The notes below the pieces were generated by a model, which was not told the origin of the DNA, made no database searches, and saw only the letters and a program-made list of their open reading frames with translations. A stretch of DNA of 19,813 nucleotides. It comes from Candidatus Zixiibacteriota bacterium. Lineage in GTDB: Bacteria; Zixibacteria; MSB-5A5; CAIYYT01. Of the stretch, positions 1 through 8,296 are shown piece by piece. The stretch is from assembly GCA_040235515.1 (NCBI GenBank), contig JBECKX010000190.1, positions 1 to 19,813 on the forward strand, in the 5' to 3' direction. The position numbers were made by a program, and so were the translations under genes. Position 1 is the first letter of the stretch, and the number at the start of each line of letters is the position of its first letter.

Positions 1-47
1 CTTCCGGAGAGTTCACCGCCACTCGCAAGATGATTCTGCTCAAGTAG
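1..47 (+). CDS. 3' end of a gene carrying a T9SS/Por-secretion-like (FlgD-Ig type) C-terminal domain; partial at window edge
   Basis: Frame from nt 3 reads TCC GGA GAG TTC ACC GCC ACT CGC AAG ATG ATT CTG CTC AAG TAG = SGEFTATRKMILLK*. This matches the typical ...G(D/E)F..T(R/K)KM.LLK* ending of TIGR04183-like CTDs. Too short to appear in the ORF track. Confidence 0.8.
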   Translation, partial: SGEFTATRKMILLK

Positions 48-105
48 GAATACAGGACCTACAACGGTTAAGACTCCGTAATCCAACGAGAGAGGGAGAC
101 AGGAA

Positions 106-138
106 CACAGGCCAGCCGGGAAACCGGCTGGCTCTGTG
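106..138. terminator. Strong GC-rich hairpin between convergent genes; possible terminator or 3' stabiliser
   Basis: CACAG-GCCAGCCGG-GAAA-CCGGCTGGC-(T)-CTGTG: perfect 9-bp stem with a GAAA loop, extended by 5 bp after a 1-nt bulge, about 60 nt after the stop at 47. No U-tract on the + strand. Confidence 0.5.
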
Positions 139-451
139 AACGAGTTGCTTGTGGAGAAGTCCCCGCTAAGCTCGTTCGACATCAAAAGCCCGACTCTCAA
201 AAGCCGTGCACCAATCGATCGGCAAAACATCACCAGACAGTCACTTTGCAAGAGTTATCGAATCAATCTCTCCACGTAAACTCTGCCTGCCTGCCTGCAG
301 CTTGTCCCTCGCTGTCGCGAATCAGCACCTCCAAACAGACTATTGGCTTTGTTTATCCTCGGTCATCCCCATGCAGAGTTGACGTTGCTCTCATCCAACT
401 GGGAGGGGACTCGGTCGAGTTCAGGCTGTGAGGAAACTGCTGTTGAAGCGC

Positions 452-2161
452 CTAGGTTCCTGCTTCGGCTGAAGCCTTCGAGAGTGCCTCAATAAGTCTC
501 AGCAATCCTGCCGGACTGTCGCTGCCGAGCGATACCCGCACGACGCGACGCTGATGGTTGAGCAGCGCCTCAAGGTCACCCTGCGCCTGTGCGTTGAAGA
601 GCAATCCGATCGAATACTCCTGGCCGGGAATCTCTACATCCTGCGTCGGTGTCTCAAGGAGCTGAATGAACACGCCCTTGTTCGGCCCCCCCTTATGATA
701 CTGTCCGGTCGAGTGGAGGTAGCGGGGGCCATAGCCCACAGTGGTAGCGATTCGGAAACGATCACGCAACTCGCGCTGAAACTGCGCAAGCGCCGCATCT
801 GTTTCCCGGGTTGCTGTGATGTATGCCTGTATCGCAAAATAATCTCCTTCATTCACCCCCTGTAAGAACTCGAAGAGATCCTCTTCCAGTGTCGGACTCG
901 CGACATCGAGGAGTACTTTCTCTTTACTATTCTCCAGCGCGGGAATAGTTCCTCTCTTTATCGCCGAGTTCAGTATTCGCCTGGAAATCTCTTTGGACTC
1001 CTGCACGTTCGGCTGGTCAAACGGGTTGATACCCAATACCCAACCCATGATCGCGGTGGCGATTTCCCAACGCATCATCTCCTGACCGACGTCGTGCGCG
1101 TCCGTCAGCGCTATCTTGATGACAGGATGGCCTGCGCCCGCAAGCTCCTGAAGACTTGCGAGTTCACCGTCAAGTCTGTTTCCCTGAAACTCGAAGTAAA
1201 CGAACACCCGATCATTGCCATAGTCAGTTATCCCTCCCGGCTCTTCTCCCGCCACAGGGAGGACACCTTTACCTTCCTTTCCCGTGCTCTCAGCAATCAA
1301 CTGCTCAAGCCACAATCCTAGCGACGAGATAGCCTCTGCTGCTATGAATGTCAGCTTGTCTCGGCCATGCAGCGCAAGTTCGCCGACGATGCCCCCCAGG
1401 TCGTGCGCAGAAACTGTCGGATTGGCGGTTGGGTCTTCTCTCTCGCCGGCAAGGCGATCTGCACCCTTGAGCAACCGCTCGATATCATTTCCAATCAGCG
1501 CAGCCGGCACCATCCCAAAGTATGACAAGGCAGAATAGCGACCACCAATATCGGCGTAGTTGAGGAAACAGCGGCGGAACCGACGCTCCTCCGCTGTCTT
1601 GATCAATAGACTGCCCGGATCGGTAATGGCTATGAAGTTCTCGCCGGCGCGATCACCCTTAATCTCACGCATCTTCCCATAGAAGTACTCCATGAACGTC
1701 ACGGTCTCGGTGGTCGTACCAGACTTGCTTGCCACGATAAACAGCGTCTTCGCGGCATCAATCTTGTTCGCCACGCGCAACACGCTCTGAGGATTAGTGC
1801 TGTCCAGCACCGTCAGCGGCAGTCCGGCACCAGACCGGGGGAGTGTCTCCGCGAACACGAGCGGGGCCAGGCTGCTTCCCCCCATTCCCAGATGCACGAC
1901 GTGATTGAATCCCGCAGCGCGCACTTCAGCAGTGAATCGCTGCAATTCAGGTAGATTGTCCAGCATCTTCGCGGTGACATCGAGCCAACCGAGCGAATCG
2001 GATATCTGTTGCGCATCATGATGATCGCCCCACAGCGTGACATCCTTGCTCCAGAGTCGCTTCTGAACATCCTCTGCCACCAGTTTGTCCAGGCGTTGCA
2101 TGATATGGTCTTTGTATTTGCCGTAACTGATTACTTCGATGCGTGAGTCTTGCGGAGTCAT
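452..2161 (-). CDS. pgi: Glucose-6-phosphate isomerase, similar to the PGI half of Tal/Pgi fusion proteins
   Basis: 569 aa with PGI motifs GMGGS, SKSGTTTET, IGGRYSALS, QLIAESTGKEGKG and NPFDQPNVQESK. ATGA overlap with the rpiB stop (2158-2161). Confidence 0.92.
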   Translation of the reverse strand: MTPQDSRIEVISYGKYKDHIMQRLDKLVAEDVQKRLWSKDVTLWGDHHDAQQISDSLGWLDVTAKMLDNLPELQRFTAEVRAAGFNHVVHLGMGGSSLAPLVFAETLPRSGAGLPLTVLDSTNPQSVLRVANKIDAAKTLFIVASKSGTTTETVTFMEYFYGKMREIKGDRAGENFIAITDPGSLLIKTAEERRFRRCFLNYADIGGRYSALSYFGMVPAALIGNDIERLLKGADRLAGEREDPTANPTVSAHDLGGIVGELALHGRDKLTFIAAEAISSLGLWLEQLIAESTGKEGKGVLPVAGEEPGGITDYGNDRVFVYFEFQGNRLDGELASLQELAGAGHPVIKIALTDAHDVGQEMMRWEIATAIMGWVLGINPFDQPNVQESKEISRRILNSAIKRGTIPALENSKEKVLLDVASPTLEEDLFEFLQGVNEGDYFAIQAYITATRETDAALAQFQRELRDRFRIATTVGYGPRYLHSTGQYHKGGPNKGVFIQLLETPTQDVEIPGQEYSIGLLFNAQAQGDLEALLNHQRRVVRVSLGSDSPAGLLRLIEALSKASAEAGT

Positions 2162-2616
2162 CTTTGCGCCTTTCCGTTGGCTAATTGATCAATCTTATCA
2201 AGTCGGCGTTGAAAGCGCGCCTCGCTGCGAAACCTGGCTTTCAGGAATGCACCCACCAACTCCGATGCTGTTCGCGGGGTGACGATCCAGCCGCCGATGC
2301 AGATGATGTTCATATTGTCATCCTCGACACCCTGTCGAGCAGAGAAACTCTCGGTGATCAAAGCGGCGCGTGCACCGGCAACCTTGTTGGCCGCGATACA
2401 GGCGCCAACTCCACTGCCGCAGAGTGCGATGCCGCGCTCGACCTCGCCATTGGCAACAGCTCTTGCCATCGGTATCACATAGTCCGGGTAGTCATCATCC
2501 TTGTCGAATTGTGGGGCACCGAAATCGACGATTTCATGCCCCGCCTTTTTCAACTCATCGATGAGCCGATTTCTCAACTCCCAACCGCCGTGGTCGGTGG
2601 CAATGCCGATTCGCAC
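2158..2616 (-). CDS. rpiB: Ribose-5-phosphate isomerase B (RpiB/LacA/LacB family)
   Basis: 152 aa with MRIGIATDHGG, DDYPDY, catalytic CGSGVG, ANKVAGARA, DNMN and RFQRRLDKI. The GTG start overlaps the tkt TAG (TAGTG). Confidence 0.95.
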   Translation of the reverse strand: MRIGIATDHGGWELRNRLIDELKKAGHEIVDFGAPQFDKDDDYPDYVIPMARAVANGEVERGIALCGSGVGACIAANKVAGARAALITESFSARQGVEDDNMNIICIGGWIVTPRTASELVGAFLKARFRSEARFQRRLDKIDQLANGKAQR

Positions 2617-4688
2617 TACTTTACCGTCACTTTCTCCTTAAGCAGTCGTTTGGCGTGCAGGCAGACGTTATCGACGTTGAAACCATACTCATGCAATACC
2701 TGATCTCCCGGCGCCGACGTTCCGAACCTGTCGATCCCGAGCGCTGCTCCCTCGCTGCCAACCCAGCGTTCCCAGCCGAGCGTCGATCCCGCCTCGATGC
2801 TCAAGCGTGCCTTCACTCGCTTTGGCAGCACAGACTCACGGTAGTCCTCCGCTTGTGCAGCGAACAATTCCCAGCTCGGCATCGAGACGACACGAACGGC
2901 TATGCCCTCCGCCGCGAGCTTCTGCTGCGATTCAAGTGCAAGCGCGACTTCCGAACCGCTGGCGATCAAAATCAAGTCTGGTGTCTCTTCATCGCAATCC
3001 TTGAGAATGTATGCCCCACGGCGCACGCCCTCCGCGTCCGCCACTTCACCCCGATCCGGTATCGGCAGATCTTGCCGGGTCAGTATCAGTGCCACCGGTT
3101 GCTCCTTCGATTCAATCGCCAACTCCCACGCCACCGCGGTCTCGTTGGCATCCCCCGGCCGCAGCACCAGCAGTTCCGGAATCGCCCTCAGGCTTGCAAC
3201 ATGTTCGATTGGCTGATGCGTCGGGCCATCCTCACCCACGGCAACACTATCGTGCGTGAAAACATAGATCACCGGCAGTTTCATCAACCCGGCTAACCGC
3301 AGGGTAGGGCGCAGATAGTCGGAGAACATCAGGAAAGTAGAGACGTAGGGACGCATCCCTCCATGCGCCGCCATCCCGTTGGCAATCGAACCCATCGCAT
3401 GTTCGCGTACGCCGAAATGAATGTTGCGTCCCGCCCAACTCCAGCCGCCACCCGCTGAGCCCTGCGTATCAGTTCCCGCAAGCGCCGGCGGCTCAAAATC
3501 CCCCATATCTTTCATCGTTGTTTTCGTGGATGGACCCAGGTCAGCGGCACCACCAATCAGGGCAGGGACCTGCTTCGCCAGGGCATTGATGATCTTGCCC
3601 GATGCACTGCGCGTAGCTACCTTCCCATCCTCAGGCCGGAATCTCGGTAAAGCTGATCTCCAGCCTTCCACCGGCTCACCACGCATCATTCCGAGCAGCT
3701 CGGCCGCAGCTTCAGGGAACTTCTGCCGGTAGACTTCGAATCGCTTGTTCCACGCCTCCTCAGCCAGCTTGCCCTTACTCAACTCGTTGTGAAAGACCTT
3801 GCGTGCTTCTTCCGGGACGAAAAACTCCTCGTCGGAGGGCCATCCGAGATTCGCTCTCGTAGCCTTAACTTCATCCTTTCCGAGCGGCTTGCCATGCACA
3901 TCGAACGTGTCCTGCATGTTGGGTGAACCGAAACCGATATGCGTGCGCACCATGATCAGCGACGGCTTGTCAGTCACCTGCTTTGCCGCCTCGATTGCAG
4001 TACTGATCGCTGCAACGTCGTTACCATCCTCAACAACTTGAGTGTGCCAGCCATAAGCGTCAAAGCGACGCGGCACATCCTCGGTGAATGTCAGGCTGGT
4101 TGCCGCAGCCAGTGAAATCTCGTTGGCATCATAAAGGTAGATCAATTTTCCCAGCCGGAGGTGTCCGGCCAGCGACGCCGCCTCGGCCGCGACACCCTCC
4201 ATGATGTCACCATCGCTGCAGATCGAATACGTATAGTGGTCGATAATCTCATGCCCCTCCCGATTGAATCGGGCCGCCAGGTGTCTTTCCGCCATCGCCA
4301 TCCCCACGCCATTGGCAAAACCTTGTCCGAGTGGGCCGGTGGTTACCTCGACGCCCGGCGTGTGCAGCCGTTCCGGATGACCGGGAGTCAGGCTGCCCCA
4401 TTGACGAAAATTGCGTACCTCCTCCAGCGGCAGGTCGTAGCCCGTCAGGTGCAGCAGCGCGTAGAGCAACATCGATCCATGACCGGCAGACAGCACAAAC
4501 CGGTCGCGATCGAACCAGAGCGGATTGGCAGGGTTGTGCTTGAGAAACCTGGTCCAGAGGGTATAGCCCATCGCGGCCGCACCCATCGGCATCCCCGGAT
4601 GACCCGAGTTAGCTTGCTGGATTGCATCGATTGAGAGAAAACGAATTGTGTTAATGCACAGGTTATCAAGTTTCTCCTGCTCACCCAT
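2616..4688 (-). CDS. tkt: Transketolase
   Basis: 690 aa with [31 protein letters not shown] motif SDGDIMEG...N, FGVREHAM and [25 protein letters not shown] upstream (about 4697-4702). Confidence 0.97.
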   Translation of the reverse strand: MGEQEKLDNLCINTIRFLSIDAIQQANSGHPGMPMGAAAMGYTLWTRFLKHNPANPLWFDRDRFVLSAGHGSMLLYALLHLTGYDLPLEEVRNFRQWGSLTPGHPERLHTPGVEVTTGPLGQGFANGVGMAMAERHLAARFNREGHEIIDHYTYSICSDGDIMEGVAAEAASLAGHLRLGKLIYLYDANEISLAAATSLTFTEDVPRRFDAYGWHTQVVEDGNDVAAISTAIEAAKQVTDKPSLIMVRTHIGFGSPNMQDTFDVHGKPLGKDEVKATRANLGWPSDEEFFVPEEARKVFHNELSKGKLAEEAWNKRFEVYRQKFPEAAAELLGMMRGEPVEGWRSALPRFRPEDGKVATRSASGKIINALAKQVPALIGGAADLGPSTKTTMKDMGDFEPPALAGTDTQGSAGGGWSWAGRNIHFGVREHAMGSIANGMAAHGGMRPYVSTFLMFSDYLRPTLRLAGLMKLPVIYVFTHDSVAVGEDGPTHQPIEHVASLRAIPELLVLRPGDANETAVAWELAIESKEQPVALILTRQDLPIPDRGEVADAEGVRRGAYILKDCDEETPDLILIASGSEVALALESQQKLAAEGIAVRVVSMPSWELFAAQAEDYRESVLPKRVKARLSIEAGSTLGWERWVGSEGAALGIDRFGTSAPGDQVLHEYGFNVDNVCLHAKRLLKEKVTVK

Positions 4689-4770
4689 GATTTGAATCCT
4701 TTCGATTTGACAACGTTCCTGCCTGCCCGGAAGCTACCTCAATGGTACTCCCCGGCGATAGAGATCGGGT

Positions 4771-4799
4771 AGTATAACAAATGGATAAACGTTCGTCAG
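4771..4799 (-). promoter_or_regulatory. sigma-70-type promoter for tkt-rpiB-pgi
   Basis: Minus strand reads CTGACG-17 bp-TATACT with an extended -10 (TGtTATACT), about 80 bp upstream of the tkt ATG. Confidence 0.65.
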
Positions 4800-5178
4800 C
4801 ATCCGCATTCGGCCAATCCGCCACAGATCGACTTAGATCTGTCGCCGGAACCTCACCGGCGCAGCGCGAACGACTCAGATACCTCCGCAAGATTTTCATT
4901 TTTCGCGCTGATGGCAAGTGCTAACCGTGACCCGCCGGCGATTAGGTGCCCAAAATCGGGTAGGGGAGTAACGATCGCCGCGTGCGATAATCAAAGAATC
5001 GCTATTGACAGCGGATGCTTCTCTGACTTACTTCATAGAGTCAGGCGACAAGATACTCATCCACGATCCAGCAAACCACATCTCGATCCGCACACCGTAG
5101 CCTCAGAGTTCAAGGCTGATCCTGACTTACAGGCGATAATCTATTCGCCGGTGAAACCGGTGAGCCATGGGAGGCAGT

Positions 5179-5508
5179 ATGCGAAAGAGTCAAACAAATG
5201 GGGTGGAAACGTGCACCAGCGCGGTTCGACGAGAAATGGAGTTGCAACAGATCCTGCGCAGGATCGGCACTCTGCCGGAAGTCGACTCCGAACTGGTTGA
5301 AGAATATAACTTTATCGTCAACTCACTCTCACCCGACCTGGGTGACCCCGATCATTTCAGAATCGGTCTCGAACGACTGAGGCGGCGCCGCAAGTGCTAC
5401 ACGGCACTCGATGGTTCTCAAATCAGTATCTGGGAACGCTATGCCTCGGGCGAGACCCTGCGGCGGTATATCAGCGAACTGCTGGCGCAGCTTCATCACG
5501 AGGGTTGA
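5179..5508 (+). CDS. Hypothetical protein, 109 aa, charged and probably helical
   Basis: GGGAGG RBS 4 nt before the ATG at 5179 (ORF track starts at 5167). Occupies otherwise gene-free space and ends just before the hairpin at 5540-5569. No recognisable motif. Confidence 0.6.
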   Translation: MRKSQTNGVETCTSAVRREMELQQILRRIGTLPEVDSELVEEYNFIVNSLSPDLGDPDHFRIGLERLRRRRKCYTALDGSQISIWERYASGETLRRYISELLAQLHHEG

Positions 5509-5520
5509 CACCTGAACGCA

Positions 5521-5569
5521 AAACTAAAACCAAAAAGAAAGGCTCTCTTAACCTGTGTTAAGAGAGCCT
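5521..5569 (-). terminator. Rho-independent terminator of the PEP-CTERM gene
   Basis: + strand AGGCTCTCTTAAC-CTGT-GTTAAGAGAGCCT (13-bp perfect stem, 5540-5569). On the minus strand it is followed by TTCTTTTTGGTTTTAGTTT. Confidence 0.9.
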
Positions 5570-5615
5570 GCGAATTCTAAGCTGTACTTCGTGTGCAGCT
5601 TCTGTCGTGAGACAG

Positions 5616-6281
5616 CTACTGCTTGCGGATTCTGCGGACGACTCCAGCGCCCAGCAATCCCATACCGAGCAACATCAGTGAAGTCGGCTCCGGTACGGTA
5701 CCGACATAGCCGCCACCACCCGGGGTGTAATCCAGCATCAGGATCGAACGATCGATTCTCAGTCTCCACTCATTCGCCTGAATACCGATATTGAGCGCTC
5801 CGTCGTTCCAGAAGTTCGGAAGCGATACGTCGGTCAGGTTGTAGAGGGTATTGTCACCGAGCGTCGCGATGCTCCAGTTGTTCAGCGGAGACCACGACAG
5901 GATGCTGTTCTCGATCTTGACTTCGTTGTTGTTATTGTCGATCAACCAACCGTCAATCCAGAGCTTGGCAAGATCGATCTTATCCGGCGGAACCGAAAGG
6001 CCGGCCGGCAAGGTGTGCGCATAATTCAATTGCGAGGGGTGCATCGGCGAAGTCCCGATAAAGGTACCCGTTGCCCAATCCGGCAGGTCGTGATCGGAAT
6101 CTTCGAAGTTTATGTAAGAAGCGTAGTCGTAGGTGTGACCATCGCCATCAAATCCGTAGTAAAGGCCCGCGTCGAAAGTCCAGTTCGTATAGATCGTCTC
6201 GGTGATGATCGGCAACGCCTGGACCGCAGGTGCAATCGCAAGAATCAAGACCGCGAAAACTGCTGCTACGAAAAATCTCAT
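5616..6281 (-). CDS. PEP-CTERM sorting-domain protein, 221 aa, secreted exosortase substrate
   Basis: C-terminus VPEPTSLMLLGMGLLGAGVVRRIRKQ is PEP motif + TM helix + basic tail (TIGR02595 pattern), preceded by a GGGG linker. Signal peptide MRFFVAAVFAVLILAIAPAVQA. Start 6281 chosen because of the AGGA RBS and because the ORF-track start (6359) lies upstream of the sigma-54 promoter. Confidence 0.93.
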   Translation of the reverse strand: MRFFVAAVFAVLILAIAPAVQALPIITETIYTNWTFDAGLYYGFDGDGHTYDYASYINFEDSDHDLPDWATGTFIGTSPMHPSQLNYAHTLPAGLSVPPDKIDLAKLWIDGWLIDNNNNEVKIENSILSWSPLNNWSIATLGDNTLYNLTDVSLPNFWNDGALNIGIQANEWRLRIDRSILMLDYTPGGGGYVGTVPEPTSLMLLGMGLLGAGVVRRIRKQ

Positions 6282-6339
6282 ATTGTGCATTCCTATTTGC
6301 TTAGATTCGTCCTGAATATACTCCATCACTGCAAATTCA

Positions 6340-6356
6340 AGCAATTTCAGTGCCAA
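6340..6356 (-). promoter_or_regulatory. sigma-54 (RpoN) -24/-12 promoter
   Basis: Minus strand TTGGCAC-TGAAA-TTGCT, a perfect match to TGGCAC-N5-TTGCW with exact GG-N10-GC spacing, about 60 bp upstream of the PEP-CTERM ATG. Confidence 0.88.
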
Positions 6357-6391
6357 CAATTTAAGGCGTTGCAGGACAACAGCTTAAATTG
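6357..6391. promoter_or_regulatory. 35-bp imperfect palindrome abutting the -24 element; IHF-like half-sites on both strands
   Basis: CAATTTAAG-gc-GTTG-cagga-CAAC-ag-CTTAAATTG. Each strand contains CAA-N4-TTA, the core of the IHF consensus WATCAANNNNTTR. Confidence 0.55.
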
Positions 6392-6418
6392 ACTGCCCCA
6401 GAAAACCACGTTCAAACC

Positions 6419-6435
6419 TGTTAGCTTTTCCGACA
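6419..6435. promoter_or_regulatory. Putative enhancer-binding-protein site (PEP-CTERM-box-like upstream activating sequence)
   Basis: TGT-N11-ACA (minus strand TGTCGGAAAAGCTAACA), 62 bp upstream of the -24 element, which is a typical position for a sigma-54 activator site. Confidence 0.6.
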
Positions 6436-6605
6436 CTCCAGGCCAGCCAATATAAGACTTCGTTGTTACACAACGGCTTACAGTGATCGATCGCTGTCTG
6501 CAAGTTGAACAACCCCCGCTTCCCAATCATTCCTGGATCGATATTCTCCGATATCGGCACCGGGAAACCTTCTCCACGTCCCAGCCTGACCGACTCGTTT
6601 GAAGC

Positions 6606-7160
6606 TTACTGATTGAGTTTCTCGGTAAGTCGTGATTGAACAATCTCTATGGCTGCAAATAGCTGTCCCAGTACTCGCCGGCCGATCTCCCCACCCCGTC
6701 CATAGGGATCGACAATCTCCTGCTCTCCTTCACCCAGAAAGTTCGCGAGCAGGAAAGTGTAATCCATCGCCTGCGGGAATTGCTTCCGAAACATCGCCCA
6801 GTTGCGCAGGTCCATCAGGAAAATCACGCGGGCCGACTCAACCAGCTCGGCTACTGCCAGTTTCGAGCCATGCTTCGACAGATCAAGCCCAAATTCACGA
6901 GTGATTTCAGCAAAATCAGCCGGAGTCTTGCTGCCCTGGGTTGTGCTCAGCCCGGCAGAATCAGCCTTTGGCAGTTCAAGCCGCTGCTTTTCGAGTTTCT
7001 GGTTCCAGATCGCTTCAGCAGATGGACTGCGGCAAATGTTGCCGAAACAGATGAACAGAATCTCCCCCGATCGTTCTTCCACTGCACGGAAGAGACGGGG
7101 GTAATCGGCACTCTTCTCCGCCCGGAGCGACCTGTACAACCGCTTCACTCTACCCAACAT
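6606..7160 (-). CDS. Low-molecular-weight protein-tyrosine phosphatase family protein (Wzb/ArsC-like fold)
   Basis: P-loop CFGNICRSP (CX5R), DSAG and the DPYG general-acid motif. TGATG overlap with the upstream GT4 stop. Confidence 0.92.
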   Translation of the reverse strand: MLGRVKRLYRSLRAEKSADYPRLFRAVEERSGEILFICFGNICRSPSAEAIWNQKLEKQRLELPKADSAGLSTTQGSKTPADFAEITREFGLDLSKHGSKLAVAELVESARVIFLMDLRNWAMFRKQFPQAMDYTFLLANFLGEGEQEIVDPYGRGGEIGRRVLGQLFAAIEIVQSRLTEKLNQ

Positions 7161-8296
7161 CAGGCTCTCCCGCGATTTCCCAGCAGGGTCGCATACAGAG
7201 ACTCATACGCGGACATGCTGTTTCTGATGTCAAACTTCGACCTGACAGATTCATAGCCCTTCTCGGCGTATCCACGAGCAATCTCCTCATTCTTCGCCAG
7301 AAACTCGATCTTCTCCGCCAGCGCTGCGGAATCACCCACCGGAACCGTGATCCCCGATACGCCATCCTCAACAATCTCAGTCGGTCCGCCACTGCGGGTC
7401 ACGATAACAGGGGTTCCGGCAGCCATCGCCTGAATTGTCGAGATAGACAACCCCTCGGTCACCGAGGGGAGTACGTAGATATCGATCTGTTCCATGAAGG
7501 CTTCGACATCCTCACAGAAGCCGATGAACTGTACCAGTTCGGTAATCTGCAACTCCCGCAATTGCTCCTCCAGGCGCTGCGACAGGCTGCCGCCGGTCTG
7601 GCCCGCAATCAGTAGCCTGAACTTGAAGCCCTGCTTGCTGAGCAATGCTGCCGCCTCGATTATGAATTCATATCCCTTTGAGGCTCTCACGTTCCCAACG
7701 CACCCGATCAAGGTCGCATCGGACGGAACACCGTATTTCTGCCGCAGATTTAGACGCGTCTCCGTGCGACTGCTGCGCTCGAAATCCACGCCGTTGTAGA
7801 TAACCTTAACACGTTCCGAGCCGACCCCCAGTCTCTGTTCTACCTCCGATTTCAAAAAGCCTGAAACGGTTACCATAAACTTCGCGTTCCGAGCCACACT
7901 CGAGCGTTTCAATCTGCCTTTCCAGTTATCACGCCAGAAACTGCCTATCAATCCATGGAACGTAGCTATCACCGGTCGGCCGGTCAGCATCCCGGCGAGA
8001 CTTGCGAAAAATGAGGTGTCATCGAGATGCGCATGCAGCAGCGCGATTCGCTCCCGGTGAATCAACCTGATCAGGCGTGCCATGAATCTCCAACCCATCG
8101 AACGATCCTCTGTCAGCAGAATCGTCCTGACTCCTTTCGAGCGAAGCTGCTGATTCAGCCAGCCATCTCCGGTGAGCGCCACGACCGACTCGTAACCTGC
8201 GGAATTCATATGCTCCGCTACCTGGCTCATCACGGTCTCGGCCCCACCCGGCCCGGTGGTTTCTATTATCTGAAGAACCCTGGGTTTGCCGCTCAT
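7160..8296 (-). CDS. Glycosyltransferase family 4 (GT-B, retaining)
   Basis: N-terminal GGAE, HAH, TFHG, TVS, VIYNGVD, VG...KG and LPSVTEGLSISTIQAMAAGTPVI. ATGA overlap with the ATP-grasp gene. Confidence 0.94.
   Translation of the reverse strand: MSGKPRVLQIIETTGPGGAETVMSQVAEHMNSAGYESVVALTGDGWLNQQLRSKGVRTILLTEDRSMGWRFMARLIRLIHRERIALLHAHLDDTSFFASLAGMLTGRPVIATFHGLIGSFWRDNWKGRLKRSSVARNAKFMVTVSGFLKSEVEQRLGVGSERVKVIYNGVDFERSSRTETRLNLRQKYGVPSDATLIGCVGNVRASKGYEFIIEAAALLSKQGFKFRLLIAGQTGGSLSQRLEEQLRELQITELVQFIGFCEDVEAFMEQIDIYVLPSVTEGLSISTIQAMAAGTPVIVTRSGGPTEIVEDGVSGITVPVGDSAALAEKIEFLAKNEEIARGYAEKGYESVRSKFDIRNSMSAYESLYATLLGNRGRA

Noticed and set aside
246..431. 61-aa ORF in the convergent gap, including a (CTGC)4 run near 283-298
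   Set aside because: TTG start without a clear RBS and no recognisable protein features. The microsatellite is too short to be meaningful.
4681..4917. 78-aa minus-strand ORF upstream of tkt
   Set aside because: Spans the predicted tkt promoter and RBS and has no coding-like features.
4911..5300. 129-aa plus-strand ORF
   Set aside because: Overlaps the better-supported 5179-5508 gene in another frame and has no clear RBS or motif.
6282..6359. Longer N-terminal extension of the PEP-CTERM ORF
   Set aside because: It begins upstream of the sigma-54 -24/-12 element and would bury the signal peptide.
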